Positions 7,459 through 15,750 of a DNA stretch of 24,619 bases are shown in pieces; positions within the stretch are counted from its first letter, which is position 1, and each line of letters begins with the position of its first letter. The stretch comes from a virus. Lineage: Duplodnaviria > Caudoviricetes. The stretch is from positions 1-24,619 of the IMG/VR virus record IMGVR_UViG_3300017646_000156. One strand, given 5' to 3'. The notes beneath the pieces are model-generated. The model worked only from the letters and a program-made list of their open reading frames with translations, did no database searches and had not been told where the DNA came from. Made by a program: the position numbers and the translations under genes.

Positions 7459-9068
7459 GCGCTGGCCCCCATGAGTTCGGCCTTGATTTCTTCCATGAGC
7501 TCGATGATTCGGCGCTCTTTCGCCAGAATGTCTTCGACTAACTGCTCTGGCGGCAAGTGTTCGAGTGCCTCAGCGCGCTTGGGATTCTTCAAGTCGAGGT
7601 TGCAGGAGACGAGCGAGCCCGACTCGTCGTACTTGAGAACGTCAGTGGCGGCCACACGCCAGGCATGGTCGTTTTCCGTGCGGCGTTTCGCGTTGAACCA
7701 CTTGATGCAGTCGGCGAACTCGTCGAATTGAAGCGGCTTTGTTTTGGTGTAGTTTTTGCGACCCTCAGGAAGCGGCACCTCGTAGTACCAGATGTCCTTC
7801 GTTGGGCCGGAACGGTCGAAGAAAAGCAAGTTTGTCGGGATCGCTGTATAGGGAGAGAACACACCATTGGGAAGCCGCACAATCGTGTGCAGGTTGTACT
7901 CCTTGAGCAACTCTTCCTTGATCCGCGCGGCCACGCCGTCGCCAAAGAGTGTACCATTCGGCACGACGATGGCTGCTCGGCCGCCCGTCGGTGAGGCGGC
8001 GCTGGGCTTGCGCAGCCGGCGCATGATGAGTTGCAAAAAGAGCAAGGCTGTTTCGCTGGTCTGCTTGTCGGCGGGGAAGTTGCCGCGAATGCCCGCCTCT
8101 TCTTCGCCGCCGAAGGGTGGATTGGTGAGGATCACATCCACGCGATCCTTCTCGCCAATCTCGGTGATCTTCACGGCCAGACTGTTGCCGTACTCGATGG
8201 CGGGCGCGTCGAGCCCGTGCAACAGCAGATTCATTTGCGCCAGCATGTAAGGGAGCGGCTTGGCCTCGCCGCCGCGAATGCTTCCCTCTTGGAGCAGTTT
8301 GCGATCTTGGGCCTTGCTGCACTGCTTTTCCAAATGTGCGAACGCCTCGGCCAGAAAGCCGCCGGTGCCACAAGCCGGGTCGAGCACGACTTCGCCCAGC
8401 TTGGGATCGGTCACCGCAACCATGAATTGAATGACGGGGCGGGGAGTATAGAACTCGCCCGAGTCGCCGGCGGCGTCGCGCATTTCACGCAGCATCGACT
8501 CGTACAGCCGGGCCAACGTATGGATCTCCTCCGACGAATCGAAGTGGATGCCATCGACGAGGTTGATCACGTCGCGGAGCAAATAGCCGGAGAGCATCCG
8601 GTTGTTCACGCCCTCGAACACGGTGGCGATCACGTCCCGCCGGCGATCCCCGTTAGTCGATTGCAGCCCCCGCAGGTACGCCAGCAAGCCAGGCCCGCGT
8701 TTGCCATCGGGTCGCACCGCCTCTTCCTGGTTGACGAAGGCGATCAACTCGTCGCCCGTGATCCCATCCTTCGTCGCCGCCCAATCGCGCCAGCGGTACG
8801 GCGCTTCCACGGCCGGCTTGTACTTCTTACCACCGATGCCCGCGCGAGCTTCTTCCAGCTTCTCGCGGTCGTCGAGGAATTTCAGGAACATGATCCAGGT
8901 GAGCAAGGGAAGGCGATCCAGGTCGCCGTTGAGCCCCTTGTCCTTCCGCATGATGTCCCGCGCAGATTTGATGAGCGCTGCCAATTGCTGTGCCGTCGTT
9001 TTGGGCTGTTCAGACTTCTTGGGCTTGGGGGCTTTCGTTGCAGCCGTCTTGGCTTTCTTTTTGGCCAT
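7455..9068 (-). CDS. hsdM: Type I R-M N6-adenine methyltransferase subunit M
   Basis: 537 aa with GEFYTPRP, LDPACGTGGFL (SAM binding) and NPPFGG (catalytic). Confidence 0.95.
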   Translation of the reverse strand: MAKKKAKTAATKAPKPKKSEQPKTTAQQLAALIKSARDIMRKDKGLNGDLDRLPLLTWIMFLKFLDDREKLEEARAGIGGKKYKPAVEAPYRWRDWAATKDGITGDELIAFVNQEEAVRPDGKRGPGLLAYLRGLQSTNGDRRRDVIATVFEGVNNRMLSGYLLRDVINLVDGIHFDSSEEIHTLARLYESMLREMRDAAGDSGEFYTPRPVIQFMVAVTDPKLGEVVLDPACGTGGFLAEAFAHLEKQCSKAQDRKLLQEGSIRGGEAKPLPYMLAQMNLLLHGLDAPAIEYGNSLAVKITEIGEKDRVDVILTNPPFGGEEEAGIRGNFPADKQTSETALLFLQLIMRRLRKPSAASPTGGRAAIVVPNGTLFGDGVAARIKEELLKEYNLHTIVRLPNGVFSPYTAIPTNLLFFDRSGPTKDIWYYEVPLPEGRKNYTKTKPLQFDEFADCIKWFNAKRRTENDHAWRVAATDVLKYDESGSLVSCNLDLKNPKRAEALEHLPPEQLVEDILAKERRIIELMEEIKAELMGASA

Positions 9069-9111
9069 CTTGGTCTCGATCGCGCCTTAGGGAATATTCG
9101 AATCGACCGCG

Positions 9112-11472
9112 CTAGGCGGCCGCATACAAAAGGGTTTGGAGCTGGATGACTGCCTGTCGCAACTGTTCGACGCCGCCGAAGCGGTTAGCGATTTCGATCA
9201 CGTTGCCGTGTTCGCTGATGGGCGGCACTTCCAGCACGTCGGGAATGACGAACTGCGCCGTGCCGTGTTCGGTGTACTTGTCGAGCAGCTCGTCGAGGAT
9301 CTGCCGAGCGTCGGGGCCGAACTGGTCGAAGAAATCCCGGCGGTCGGTGCGCAGGCGCTGGGCGCGCTCGCGCCGCGTGCGCAACGGCGCATTGAATGCC
9401 AAGTGGCAGATCAGGTCGAGCGGATCGGCGTCGGGCTGGTTGGCGGTCTCGGCCAGGTGGTCGAAGTCGATGCCGCGCTCCTCGAGTCGCTCGATAATAT
9501 CGCTGCGGCGCTGGGGGTCGGCCCATTCGTCGCGCAGTTCCGCCGCGTTGCGGTAGAGGGTGCGGACCTTGTCGGCCGTGTAGTCGGTGAATTGCACGAC
9601 GCGAAGCTGGTTGCCGTCGGGATCGAGCTCGTACACGAGGTGGGCGGCGATTTCGACCTGCCCGCCGTCGTAGTAGAACTTGCGCCGCGGTTCATCTGGC
9701 TCGTCGGGCGGGAGCGGCTCAGGGTCGTCACCTTCCGGTTCATCCTCCGGCGTTACTACCGTCTCGTCATCGACCGGCTCGCCTTCGTCGTCAATCGTCT
9801 GCTCGGTTTCGATGGAAGGTTCGCCATCGAACTCGGGATCGGCGAACAGCCGAGTCGCGGAGCCGGTGTAGTCGAGGATGCTGAAGAACAGTTTGCCGTA
9901 GTCGTCGCGCACCCGCGTGCCACGGCCGATGATCTGCTTGAACTCGGTCATCGAGTTGATGACCCGCAACAGCACGATATTCTGGACCGTGGGGGCATCG
10001 ACGCCAGTGGTTAGCAGTTGCGACGTGGTGAGAATGACCGGCGTGCGGCGTTCGAGGTCTTGGAAGTTACTCAGATGCCCGCGGCCGAGGTCACCCTCAT
10101 CGGAGGTGACGCGGCAGACGTAGTCGGGGTTGTCGCGGACCAGATCGGCATTGAGGTTGTTGAGCGCCCGCCGCATCTCATCGGCGTGCTCCTGATCCAC
10201 GCAGAAGACGATGGTCTTGGCGAACCGATCGGTGCGCCGCATGTGCTCGGTCAGGTGGTGGGCGCCGGCTTCCGTCCTGGCCCGCAGCGAGACGATCCGT
10301 TCGAATTCGCCAGTGTGGTACTCGTCATCGGGGATTTCACGCCCAAAGCGGTCGAGGTCGCCTTGGCTCGGTCGCCAGCCCACGGCGTCCCAGGTGGTCA
10401 CAATGCGGTGGACGCGGTAGGGGGCGAGGAATCCGTCCTCGATGCCTTGCCGCAGGCTGTAAGTATAGATGGGATCGCCGAAGTAGTTGTAGGTGTCGGC
10501 GTTGTCCTGGCGGCGCGGCGTGGCGGTCATGCCGATCTGGAAGGCCGGCTGGAAGTAGTCGAGGATTTCGCGCCAGTTGCTATCGTCGCGAGCGCTGCCG
10601 CGATGGCATTCGTCCACGATGATCAGGTCGAAGAAGTCGGGCGCGAACTCGCGGTAGAGGCCGGGGCGATTCGCGTCGCTGGCAATCGACTGGTAAATGG
10701 CGAAGTACATCTCTCGGCTTTGAATCGCCCTGCCGCCAGCGATCTTCCAGCGGGCGTCGCCAAACGGGGCGAACGTCTTTGCCATTGGGTCATCGACCAG
10801 GATGTTGCGATCGGCCAGGTACAGGATGCGCGGCCGGCGGTGTTCACCGGCACGGTTCCAGCGAGAGTTCCACAGTTTCCAGCAGATCTGAAACGCGACG
10901 ACCGTCTTGCCGGTGCCGGTGGCCATCGTGAGCAGAATACGCGGGTTGCCCTGCGCCACAGCCTGGACGGCGCGGTTGATCGCGATCTCTTGGTAGTAGC
11001 GAGGCGACTTACCGCTGAGATGATAGGCCGGCGACAACAATCGTTCGGCGGCATCGGAGGTGAGCGACTGATCGGCCGTGAGCCGCGCCCACAGCTCAGC
11101 GGGCGTCGGAAACGCAGATATCTCCCGCTCCAGTCCGGTCGTGTAGTCGAATTCAACGATGCCGTGCCCGTTGGTCGCGTAAGCAAACTTGAGACCCAGG
11201 ATTTCGGCGTAGTCCTTGGCCTGCTGGAGCCCTTCGCCGGGCGTGGCGTAGGTTGGCTTGGCTTCCACGACGGCGATGGCGAAGTCGGGACGAAAGCGGA
11301 GGATGTAGTCGGCCCGCTTGCCTGGACGCCGGCGACTGCGCTGGCCGGCGACGATGATCCGCCCATCGGTGAAGGTCACCTGCTCGTTGATGCGATACGG
11401 ATCGTTGTCCCACCCGGCGGCTTGCAGCCGGGGGACAACATATCGTCGGCAGGTGTCGGCTTCGTTGGGCAT
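9112..11472 (-). CDS. hsdR: Type I R-M restriction subunit R, EcoEI/EcoAI-like
   Basis: Probable start ATG 11472 (MPNEADT; alternative TTG 11481). Nuclease RADYIL...VVEAK, Walker A MATGTGKT, DECHRG, MTATP, QIIGRGTR and an EcoEI_R_C-like tail. Confidence 0.95.
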   Translation of the reverse strand: MPNEADTCRRYVVPRLQAAGWDNDPYRINEQVTFTDGRIIVAGQRSRRRPGKRADYILRFRPDFAIAVVEAKPTYATPGEGLQQAKDYAEILGLKFAYATNGHGIVEFDYTTGLEREISAFPTPAELWARLTADQSLTSDAAERLLSPAYHLSGKSPRYYQEIAINRAVQAVAQGNPRILLTMATGTGKTVVAFQICWKLWNSRWNRAGEHRRPRILYLADRNILVDDPMAKTFAPFGDARWKIAGGRAIQSREMYFAIYQSIASDANRPGLYREFAPDFFDLIIVDECHRGSARDDSNWREILDYFQPAFQIGMTATPRRQDNADTYNYFGDPIYTYSLRQGIEDGFLAPYRVHRIVTTWDAVGWRPSQGDLDRFGREIPDDEYHTGEFERIVSLRARTEAGAHHLTEHMRRTDRFAKTIVFCVDQEHADEMRRALNNLNADLVRDNPDYVCRVTSDEGDLGRGHLSNFQDLERRTPVILTTSQLLTTGVDAPTVQNIVLLRVINSMTEFKQIIGRGTRVRDDYGKLFFSILDYTGSATRLFADPEFDGEPSIETEQTIDDEGEPVDDETVVTPEDEPEGDDPEPLPPDEPDEPRRKFYYDGGQVEIAAHLVYELDPDGNQLRVVQFTDYTADKVRTLYRNAAELRDEWADPQRRSDIIERLEERGIDFDHLAETANQPDADPLDLICHLAFNAPLRTRRERAQRLRTDRRDFFDQFGPDARQILDELLDKYTEHGTAQFVIPDVLEVPPISEHGNVIEIANRFGGVEQLRQAVIQLQTLLYAAA

Positions 11473-11488
11473 GAGGGGCAAACCGGGG

Positions 11489-11543
11489 TGTCCATGTTTA
11501 CCAAATATGGACAGATCATAACCCCGCAGTCAGCCCAACACAA
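11489..11543 (-). promoter_or_regulatory. Candidate hsdR promoter with downstream inverted repeat
   Basis: Minus strand TTGTGT (11543-11538), 17 nt, TATGAT (11520-11515). Inverted repeat TGTCCAT-N11-ATGGACA at 11489-11513. Confidence 0.5.
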
Positions 11544-11580
11544 TCCTTTTGATCCGAAAAAACTTGAAGCCGCATCCAAG

Positions 11581-11979
11581 TTACTGCTGGGACAGGATTT
11601 GCGACCACATCAGCCGCTGCTTGTCCCAGTCGATTTCGGCCGTCAGGGGCCGCAGCATCTTCTCGTGGATAGTTGGCTTGCCGGCCGTGACGCGGGGCAA
11701 AAAAAGAAGCGCCTCTTGGATGTCGGGGGCGAGGTGGGCCAGGTTCAGAATTTGCGAAATTCGCGGCTGGGTGACGTGGCCCAGGCGGGCCAGCTCCATC
11801 ACGTCGGCAACCTGGCCGGTGAGCAGCAAGTGTTCGAACCGGATTGCGAGCGCCATCAAGCGTGCGATTCGCGGAATGCGGCCGGGCTCCACCGGCGCAG
11901 GCGTCGGCTGGGGGGCGGTGATGCGGCGGCGTCCGCGGGCCGCGCGGGAGAATTCAATCTTGCGTTTGACGGTGATCAT
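11581..11979 (-). CDS. Recombinase-associated small HTH-like protein
   Basis: Start reassigned to ATG 11979 (ATGA overlap with the recombinase stop); 132 aa. ELARLGHVTQPRISQILNLAHLAPDIQEALL is the pattern typically found after, or fused to, DUF2924-linked recombinases. Confidence 0.75.
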   Translation of the reverse strand: MITVKRKIEFSRAARGRRRITAPQPTPAPVEPGRIPRIARLMALAIRFEHLLLTGQVADVMELARLGHVTQPRISQILNLAHLAPDIQEALLFLPRVTAGKPTIHEKMLRPLTAEIDWDKQRLMWSQILSQQ

Positions 11980-13541
11980 GCGGCGTCCTCGATGTTGCCT
12001 TCGGCCAGCGCCTTGATGGCCGAGGGATGGAAGGAAATGGAAATCGTGCTGTCGCTTGGGTCGAACTCGACGCGGGAGACCAGCAGGGAAATGACCTGCG
12101 TTTGCTCGCGGGTGCTGAGTTCGTTCCAAACGTTGTCAAAGTCGGCAAACGCGGCGGCAACGTCGCCCGCGTCGATCTGGCGGCGCTGGACCTCGCCTAC
12201 GCGGTCGCGGACTTGGGACAACCGTTGCTCGGCCCTGGCGACGCGCTCGTGCAAGTCGGCGATGCGTGCGGTGGTGGCGCTGCTCGGTTCGGGCGTGACG
12301 GCAAGACGGGCGATTTCGGTATGGTCGCGGGCGAGTTGCGATTCGAGTTGGCGCTGCTGCGTCGCCAACTCGGCCAGTGTGTCCGTTGCCGCCGAGCAGG
12401 CCTGCCGCAGCACTTCGTCGCGCAGGCCGGGGTCATGCGCGATGCAGCGCATCTGGTCTACAACGGCCGCCTCGATCTCGCCGGCGGGAAGCGACTTCGT
12501 GGGACACGACTTCCAGCCGCTCTTGATCGCCTTGCCGCAGGTGTAATAGCGGTAGCGCTTTGATCCCTTGCCCGTGAAGTTATGAACCATCGTTTGCCCG
12601 CAGGCCGAGCAGAACATCAGCCCTTTGAGCAGCGCTCCATATTTGTTGAGCAGGTAGTTCCCGCGCCCGCGACCATGCTTCTGGAGCGTGGATTGCACCT
12701 GCTCGAACACGAGGGGATCGACCAGCGGCTCGTGCTCGCCGTCGTAGATGTCCGCTTTGTGCTTGATCTTACCGATGTAAATCGGATTGGTGAGCATCGC
12801 GTAGACCGAGCACTTGTCGAACGCCCGACCGCCGCGCGGCAGTCCCTTCTTGGTCTTCCACGTTTTGTGTCGCCAGCCGCGACGGTTGAGTTCCTCGACC
12901 ACCGGCAGTAGCGAACCCAGTTCCAGGTACAGGCTGAAGATTCGCCGCACCCGCACGGCCTCCTCGGCGTTCACGACCAACTTGGGGCTGGGGTTGGAGC
13001 GGTCCACGTCGTACCCCAGCACCGGCACGCCGCCTGCCCATTTCCCCTTGCGGCGCTGGGCGGCGATCTTGTCGCGGATGCGTTCGCCAATGATCTCGCG
13101 TTCGAACTGCGCGAACGACAATAGGATGTTGAGCGTCAGCCGGCCCATCGAATGGGTCGTGTTGAACTGCTGCGTCACCGACACGAAGGAGACGCCGTTC
13201 TTGTCGAACGTCTCCATGATGCGGGCGAAGTCGAGCAGCGAACGGCTGAGCCGGTCGACTTTGTAGACCACGACGCAATCGACCTTGCCGGCGGCGATGT
13301 CCGCCAACAGGCGATTGAGCGCCGGCCGGTCCATGCTGCCGCCGGAGAAGCCTCCATCGTCGTAATGGTCGGGCAGACAAACCCAGCCTTCATGCTGTTG
13401 GCTGGCGATGAACGCCTCGCCCGATTCGCGCTGCGCGTCGAGGGAATTGAACTCCAGCTCAAGACCTTCTTCGCACGACTTGCGGGTATAGATGGCGCAG
13501 CGAATGGCCTGCGCGGTGGAAGTTTTGCGTTTACGGCTCAT
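11976..13541 (-). CDS. Large serine recombinase (resolvase + recombinase + Zn-ribbon domains)
   Basis: Start ATG 13541 (ATGA overlap with DUF2924). Motifs AIYTRKS (catalytic Ser), DGGFSG, VYKVDRLSRS, FAQFEREII, LLKGLMFCSACG and YYTC...SC, plus a coiled-coil tail. Confidence 0.95.
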   Translation of the reverse strand: MSRKRKTSTAQAIRCAIYTRKSCEEGLELEFNSLDAQRESGEAFIASQQHEGWVCLPDHYDDGGFSGGSMDRPALNRLLADIAAGKVDCVVVYKVDRLSRSLLDFARIMETFDKNGVSFVSVTQQFNTTHSMGRLTLNILLSFAQFEREIIGERIRDKIAAQRRKGKWAGGVPVLGYDVDRSNPSPKLVVNAEEAVRVRRIFSLYLELGSLLPVVEELNRRGWRHKTWKTKKGLPRGGRAFDKCSVYAMLTNPIYIGKIKHKADIYDGEHEPLVDPLVFEQVQSTLQKHGRGRGNYLLNKYGALLKGLMFCSACGQTMVHNFTGKGSKRYRYYTCGKAIKSGWKSCPTKSLPAGEIEAAVVDQMRCIAHDPGLRDEVLRQACSAATDTLAELATQQRQLESQLARDHTEIARLAVTPEPSSATTARIADLHERVARAEQRLSQVRDRVGEVQRRQIDAGDVAAAFADFDNVWNELSTREQTQVISLLVSRVEFDPSDSTISISFHPSAIKALAEGNIEDAA

Positions 13542-14026
13542 GCTTTCCTCCACAGGCGGAAGAACATGAACCCGTTGATGTGTGAGCCGGTAACGACCTT
13601 GGCGACGGCGGTGAGCGAACGGTAACGCTTTCCTTCGTATTCGAAGCCGTCCGCGACCACCATCACGCGAATCATCTGCCCTTTGTATTCCCGCTCGATC
13701 CAGTTGCCTGGCGGCGGCAGGCGGGGGTCGCGGCGCGGCTCAATCTTGATCGTCGCGCACGGCGCGGCATCGTCCTTCGCCTTACTTTCGCGCGGCGGCG
13801 TGACGCGAATCTCTGCGTCGCTCGCCAACTCTTCGGCCCGCTGACGGGCGCGCTCGGTAAGGTCGCCTTCGGCGTTGGCCTGCAACCGCCACGCGATGCG
13901 GCGTATCAAGTAGCGACGATGCCGACTGCGGCATTCCTCGCCGAAGAGCTGCTCGAAGCGCTGGGCGAGTTGGTTCACGGACATGTCGTTGAGCCGAGCC
14001 ACCTCGGCTGCCACGGTTGGGTTCAT
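13538..14026 (-). CDS. DUF2924 domain protein
   Basis: 162 aa. LIRRIAWRLQ and REYKG...GFEYEGKRYRSLTAVAKVVTGSHINGFMFF. Sits in the usual position upstream of a serine recombinase. Confidence 0.88.
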   Translation of the reverse strand: MNPTVAAEVARLNDMSVNQLAQRFEQLFGEECRSRHRRYLIRRIAWRLQANAEGDLTERARQRAEELASDAEIRVTPPRESKAKDDAAPCATIKIEPRRDPRLPPPGNWIEREYKGQMIRVMVVADGFEYEGKRYRSLTAVAKVVTGSHINGFMFFRLWRKA

Positions 14027-14220
14027 GGCTGTTCTCCTTGCGGGTTGCCCGCCGCCGAATGATCCGCCGACGAGTAGTCGTCGGCTTCCTGGTCGGGAGC
14101 GGTCGGTTGGGGTTCGTCGCCTTGCGAATACGGTTGGCCCGTTCGTTCAGCCCGTTGCCGAACGCGCATCAGTCCACGGGCCAAGATCGCGGCAAGGCAG
14201 CTTTCACGCGTCTCGTCCAT
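14023..14220 (-). CDS. Small hypothetical protein (AAILARG motif)
   Basis: 65 aa. ATGA overlap with DUF2924; GAGGTG RBS upstream. Confidence 0.65.
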   Translation of the reverse strand: MDETRESCLAAILARGLMRVRQRAERTGQPYSQGDEPQPTAPDQEADDYSSADHSAAGNPQGEQP

Positions 14221-14455
14221 CGTTCACCTCGCTATCGGGCGCTCGCCGGGCGTCGGCGAGGCCCACGGACACAGAGAGCCTCGTTTTCGAGACAAGCTCA
14301 AGGCCTGTGTTGCGCGGTGCGGACGAAGGGCCAGCCTGGGCCAACTCGATGGTGCGCCGATAACGGACGACCCCTTGGGCAAGGATCGCGGCAACCTGGC
14401 GGCGGCGCTCTTCTGGCGTCAGGTCGCGAACGGAAGGAACAGCCGCAGAAGGCAT
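14204..14455 (-). CDS. Small hypothetical protein (LTPEERRRQVAAILAQG motif)
   Basis: Probable start ATG 14455 (alternative 14482). First gene of the leftward operon; overlaps the next gene. Confidence 0.6.
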   Translation of the reverse strand: MPSAAVPSVRDLTPEERRRQVAAILAQGVVRYRRTIELAQAGPSSAPRNTGLELVSKTRLSVSVGLADARRAPDSEVNDGRDA

Positions 14456-14514
14456 GAATCGGCATCCATTTCCAGGGAGCAACGACGGTGAGCGTTCGCT
14501 ACGTCCACCCCTAG

Positions 14515-14548
14515 GTTATGTATGCCGTCCGCGTGCGGCGCTGCGCGC
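14515..14548 (-). promoter_or_regulatory. Bipartite motif copy 1, candidate element-sigma promoter (leftward operon)
   Basis: Minus strand GCGCGCAGCG-N10-ACGGCATA-CA-TAAC. Same blocks and spacing as 15372-15405. Confidence 0.65.
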
Positions 14549-14586
14549 GACCGCTGGCTAATCGGCCTGAAATCAGCAGATTTTCA

Positions 14587-14626
14587 GATGCCACAAGCTT
14601 TGTGGCATCGCCACACGAGTTGTGGC
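14587..14626. promoter_or_regulatory. Tandem palindromic operators GCCACA-N5-TGTGGC x2
   Basis: Copies at 14590-14606 and 14610-14626. The first extends to a perfect 10-bp-arm repeat GATGCCACAA-gct-TTGTGGCATC. Lies in the divergent intergenic region. Confidence 0.65.
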
Positions 14627-14771
14627 GGCTTGCCTCCGCCGAGAGGACGAACCCCGGCGGACGTTGAGCGCGACTGTGTGGTAACTGCGACCCCTCGCTT
14701 GGCCGCAGCACAGTATTTCTTCGCGTAGTGACGGATCGCCCATGGGTGGCTGCCTCCGGCAGGAGACAGTC

Positions 14772-15365
14772 ATGTCCAAGGCTTTTGATCCCCAAGAGAT
14801 CGTGACCGAGTACGCGCGGACGCTGATTCGCGTGAAGGCCAAACAAATCGTCCGCCGGCCCGGTTTCAGCCGGTCCGACCAGGCGGATGTCGAGCAGGAT
14901 CTGGTCGTCCATTTGCTTTGCCAGGCCGAGCATTTTGACCCCGAGCGCGCGTCGCTCAACACCTTCATCGCTCGCGTCATCGATTCCGCCGTGGCGATGC
15001 TCGTGCGCGAGCGGGGCCGCGTGAAGCGTAATCCTGCCGGCGATGCCGAGGTGCAGTCGCTGGCGGACAAGGTGCCGCAACCAGATGGTCCGCCGGAAGC
15101 GCTGGCTCGCTTGATCAACCAGCTTGATCTCGAACGCCGCACCGGCGGCGCTTCGCTGCCCGATGCGCAGCTCTTCGAACTGGCCGACGACGTGGCCAGC
15201 GTCATACCCACCCTGCCGCCGGAATTGCAGGGCGTTTGCCGCTCCCTGCTGAATCGCAATCGCACCGAGACCGAGGCCGCGCTGGGCCTTTCGCGCCGCC
15301 GGCTCGAGGCGGCGATGGCGGTCATTCGTGAGCACTTCGAGAAATCGGGTTTGACGAAAACCTGA
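14772..15365 (+). CDS. Sigma70/ECF-like RNA polymerase sigma factor
   Basis: Start reassigned to ATG 14772 (AGGAG RBS). Region-2-like DVEQDL...FDPERASLNTFIARVI and region-4-like LPPELQGVCRSL...TEAALGLSRRRL. Confidence 0.75.
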   Translation: MSKAFDPQEIVTEYARTLIRVKAKQIVRRPGFSRSDQADVEQDLVVHLLCQAEHFDPERASLNTFIARVIDSAVAMLVRERGRVKRNPAGDAEVQSLADKVPQPDGPPEALARLINQLDLERRTGGASLPDAQLFELADDVASVIPTLPPELQGVCRSLLNRNRTETEAALGLSRRRLEAAMAVIREHFEKSGLTKT

Positions 15366-15371
15366 TGCGAA

Positions 15372-15405
15372 GCGCGCAGCGGGACGCGCCAACGGCATAA
15401 GTAAC
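15372..15405 (+). promoter_or_regulatory. Bipartite motif copy 2, candidate element-sigma promoter (replication operon)
   Basis: GCGCGCAGCG-N10-ACGGCATA-AG-TAAC, 42 bp upstream of the 15448 start. Confidence 0.65.
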
Positions 15406-15447
15406 TATGGGAGGGCCACTCGAATTCAATCTTCAAGGAAACCACCC

Positions 15448-15750
15448 ATGACCGTTGGCGTGTTCCGCTTTTCTTTCTCGCCGCATGTCCCGCTGGACGA
15501 AGTCGAGATGACCCTGCAACTGGCGACGTTCGCCGCCGAAGGGCTGTTTGGCATGGCCCGTGTGCGGCTCGACTTCGGCTATCACGTCGAGCCCGCGCGG
15601 CGGGTCATTTTCGTGGATGGATCGAAAGAGGTGGGCGCAACGGTCGCCCAACTATTCGTCGGCCTGCTCCTGCGCGAATTCGGCGATGACGCCTTTCGCG
15701 TTGAACGCATGCAATCGCGGCCCCATCAACCGCTGGAGACCGCTGCATGA
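15448..15750 (+). CDS. Hypothetical protein, first gene of replication operon
   Basis: 100 aa, AAGGA RBS, ATGA overlap with the next gene. Confidence 0.75.
   Translation: MTVGVFRFSFSPHVPLDEVEMTLQLATFAAEGLFGMARVRLDFGYHVEPARRVIFVDGSKEVGATVAQLFVGLLLREFGDDAFRVERMQSRPHQPLETAA

Noticed and set aside
9069-9111. Short imperfect repeat (TCGATCGCGC/TCGACCGCGC) and GAATATTC between hsdR and hsdM
   Set aside because: Too short to distinguish from chance.
10018-12546. 842-aa plus-strand ORF (also 8031-9149 and 9136-10014)
   Set aside because: Antisense shadows of hsdR, hsdM and the recombinase in GC-rich DNA; no recognisable motifs.
14511-15445. Minus-strand ORFs of 295 and 290 aa
   Set aside because: Antisense to the sigma-like gene, Arg/Ser-rich and motif-free.
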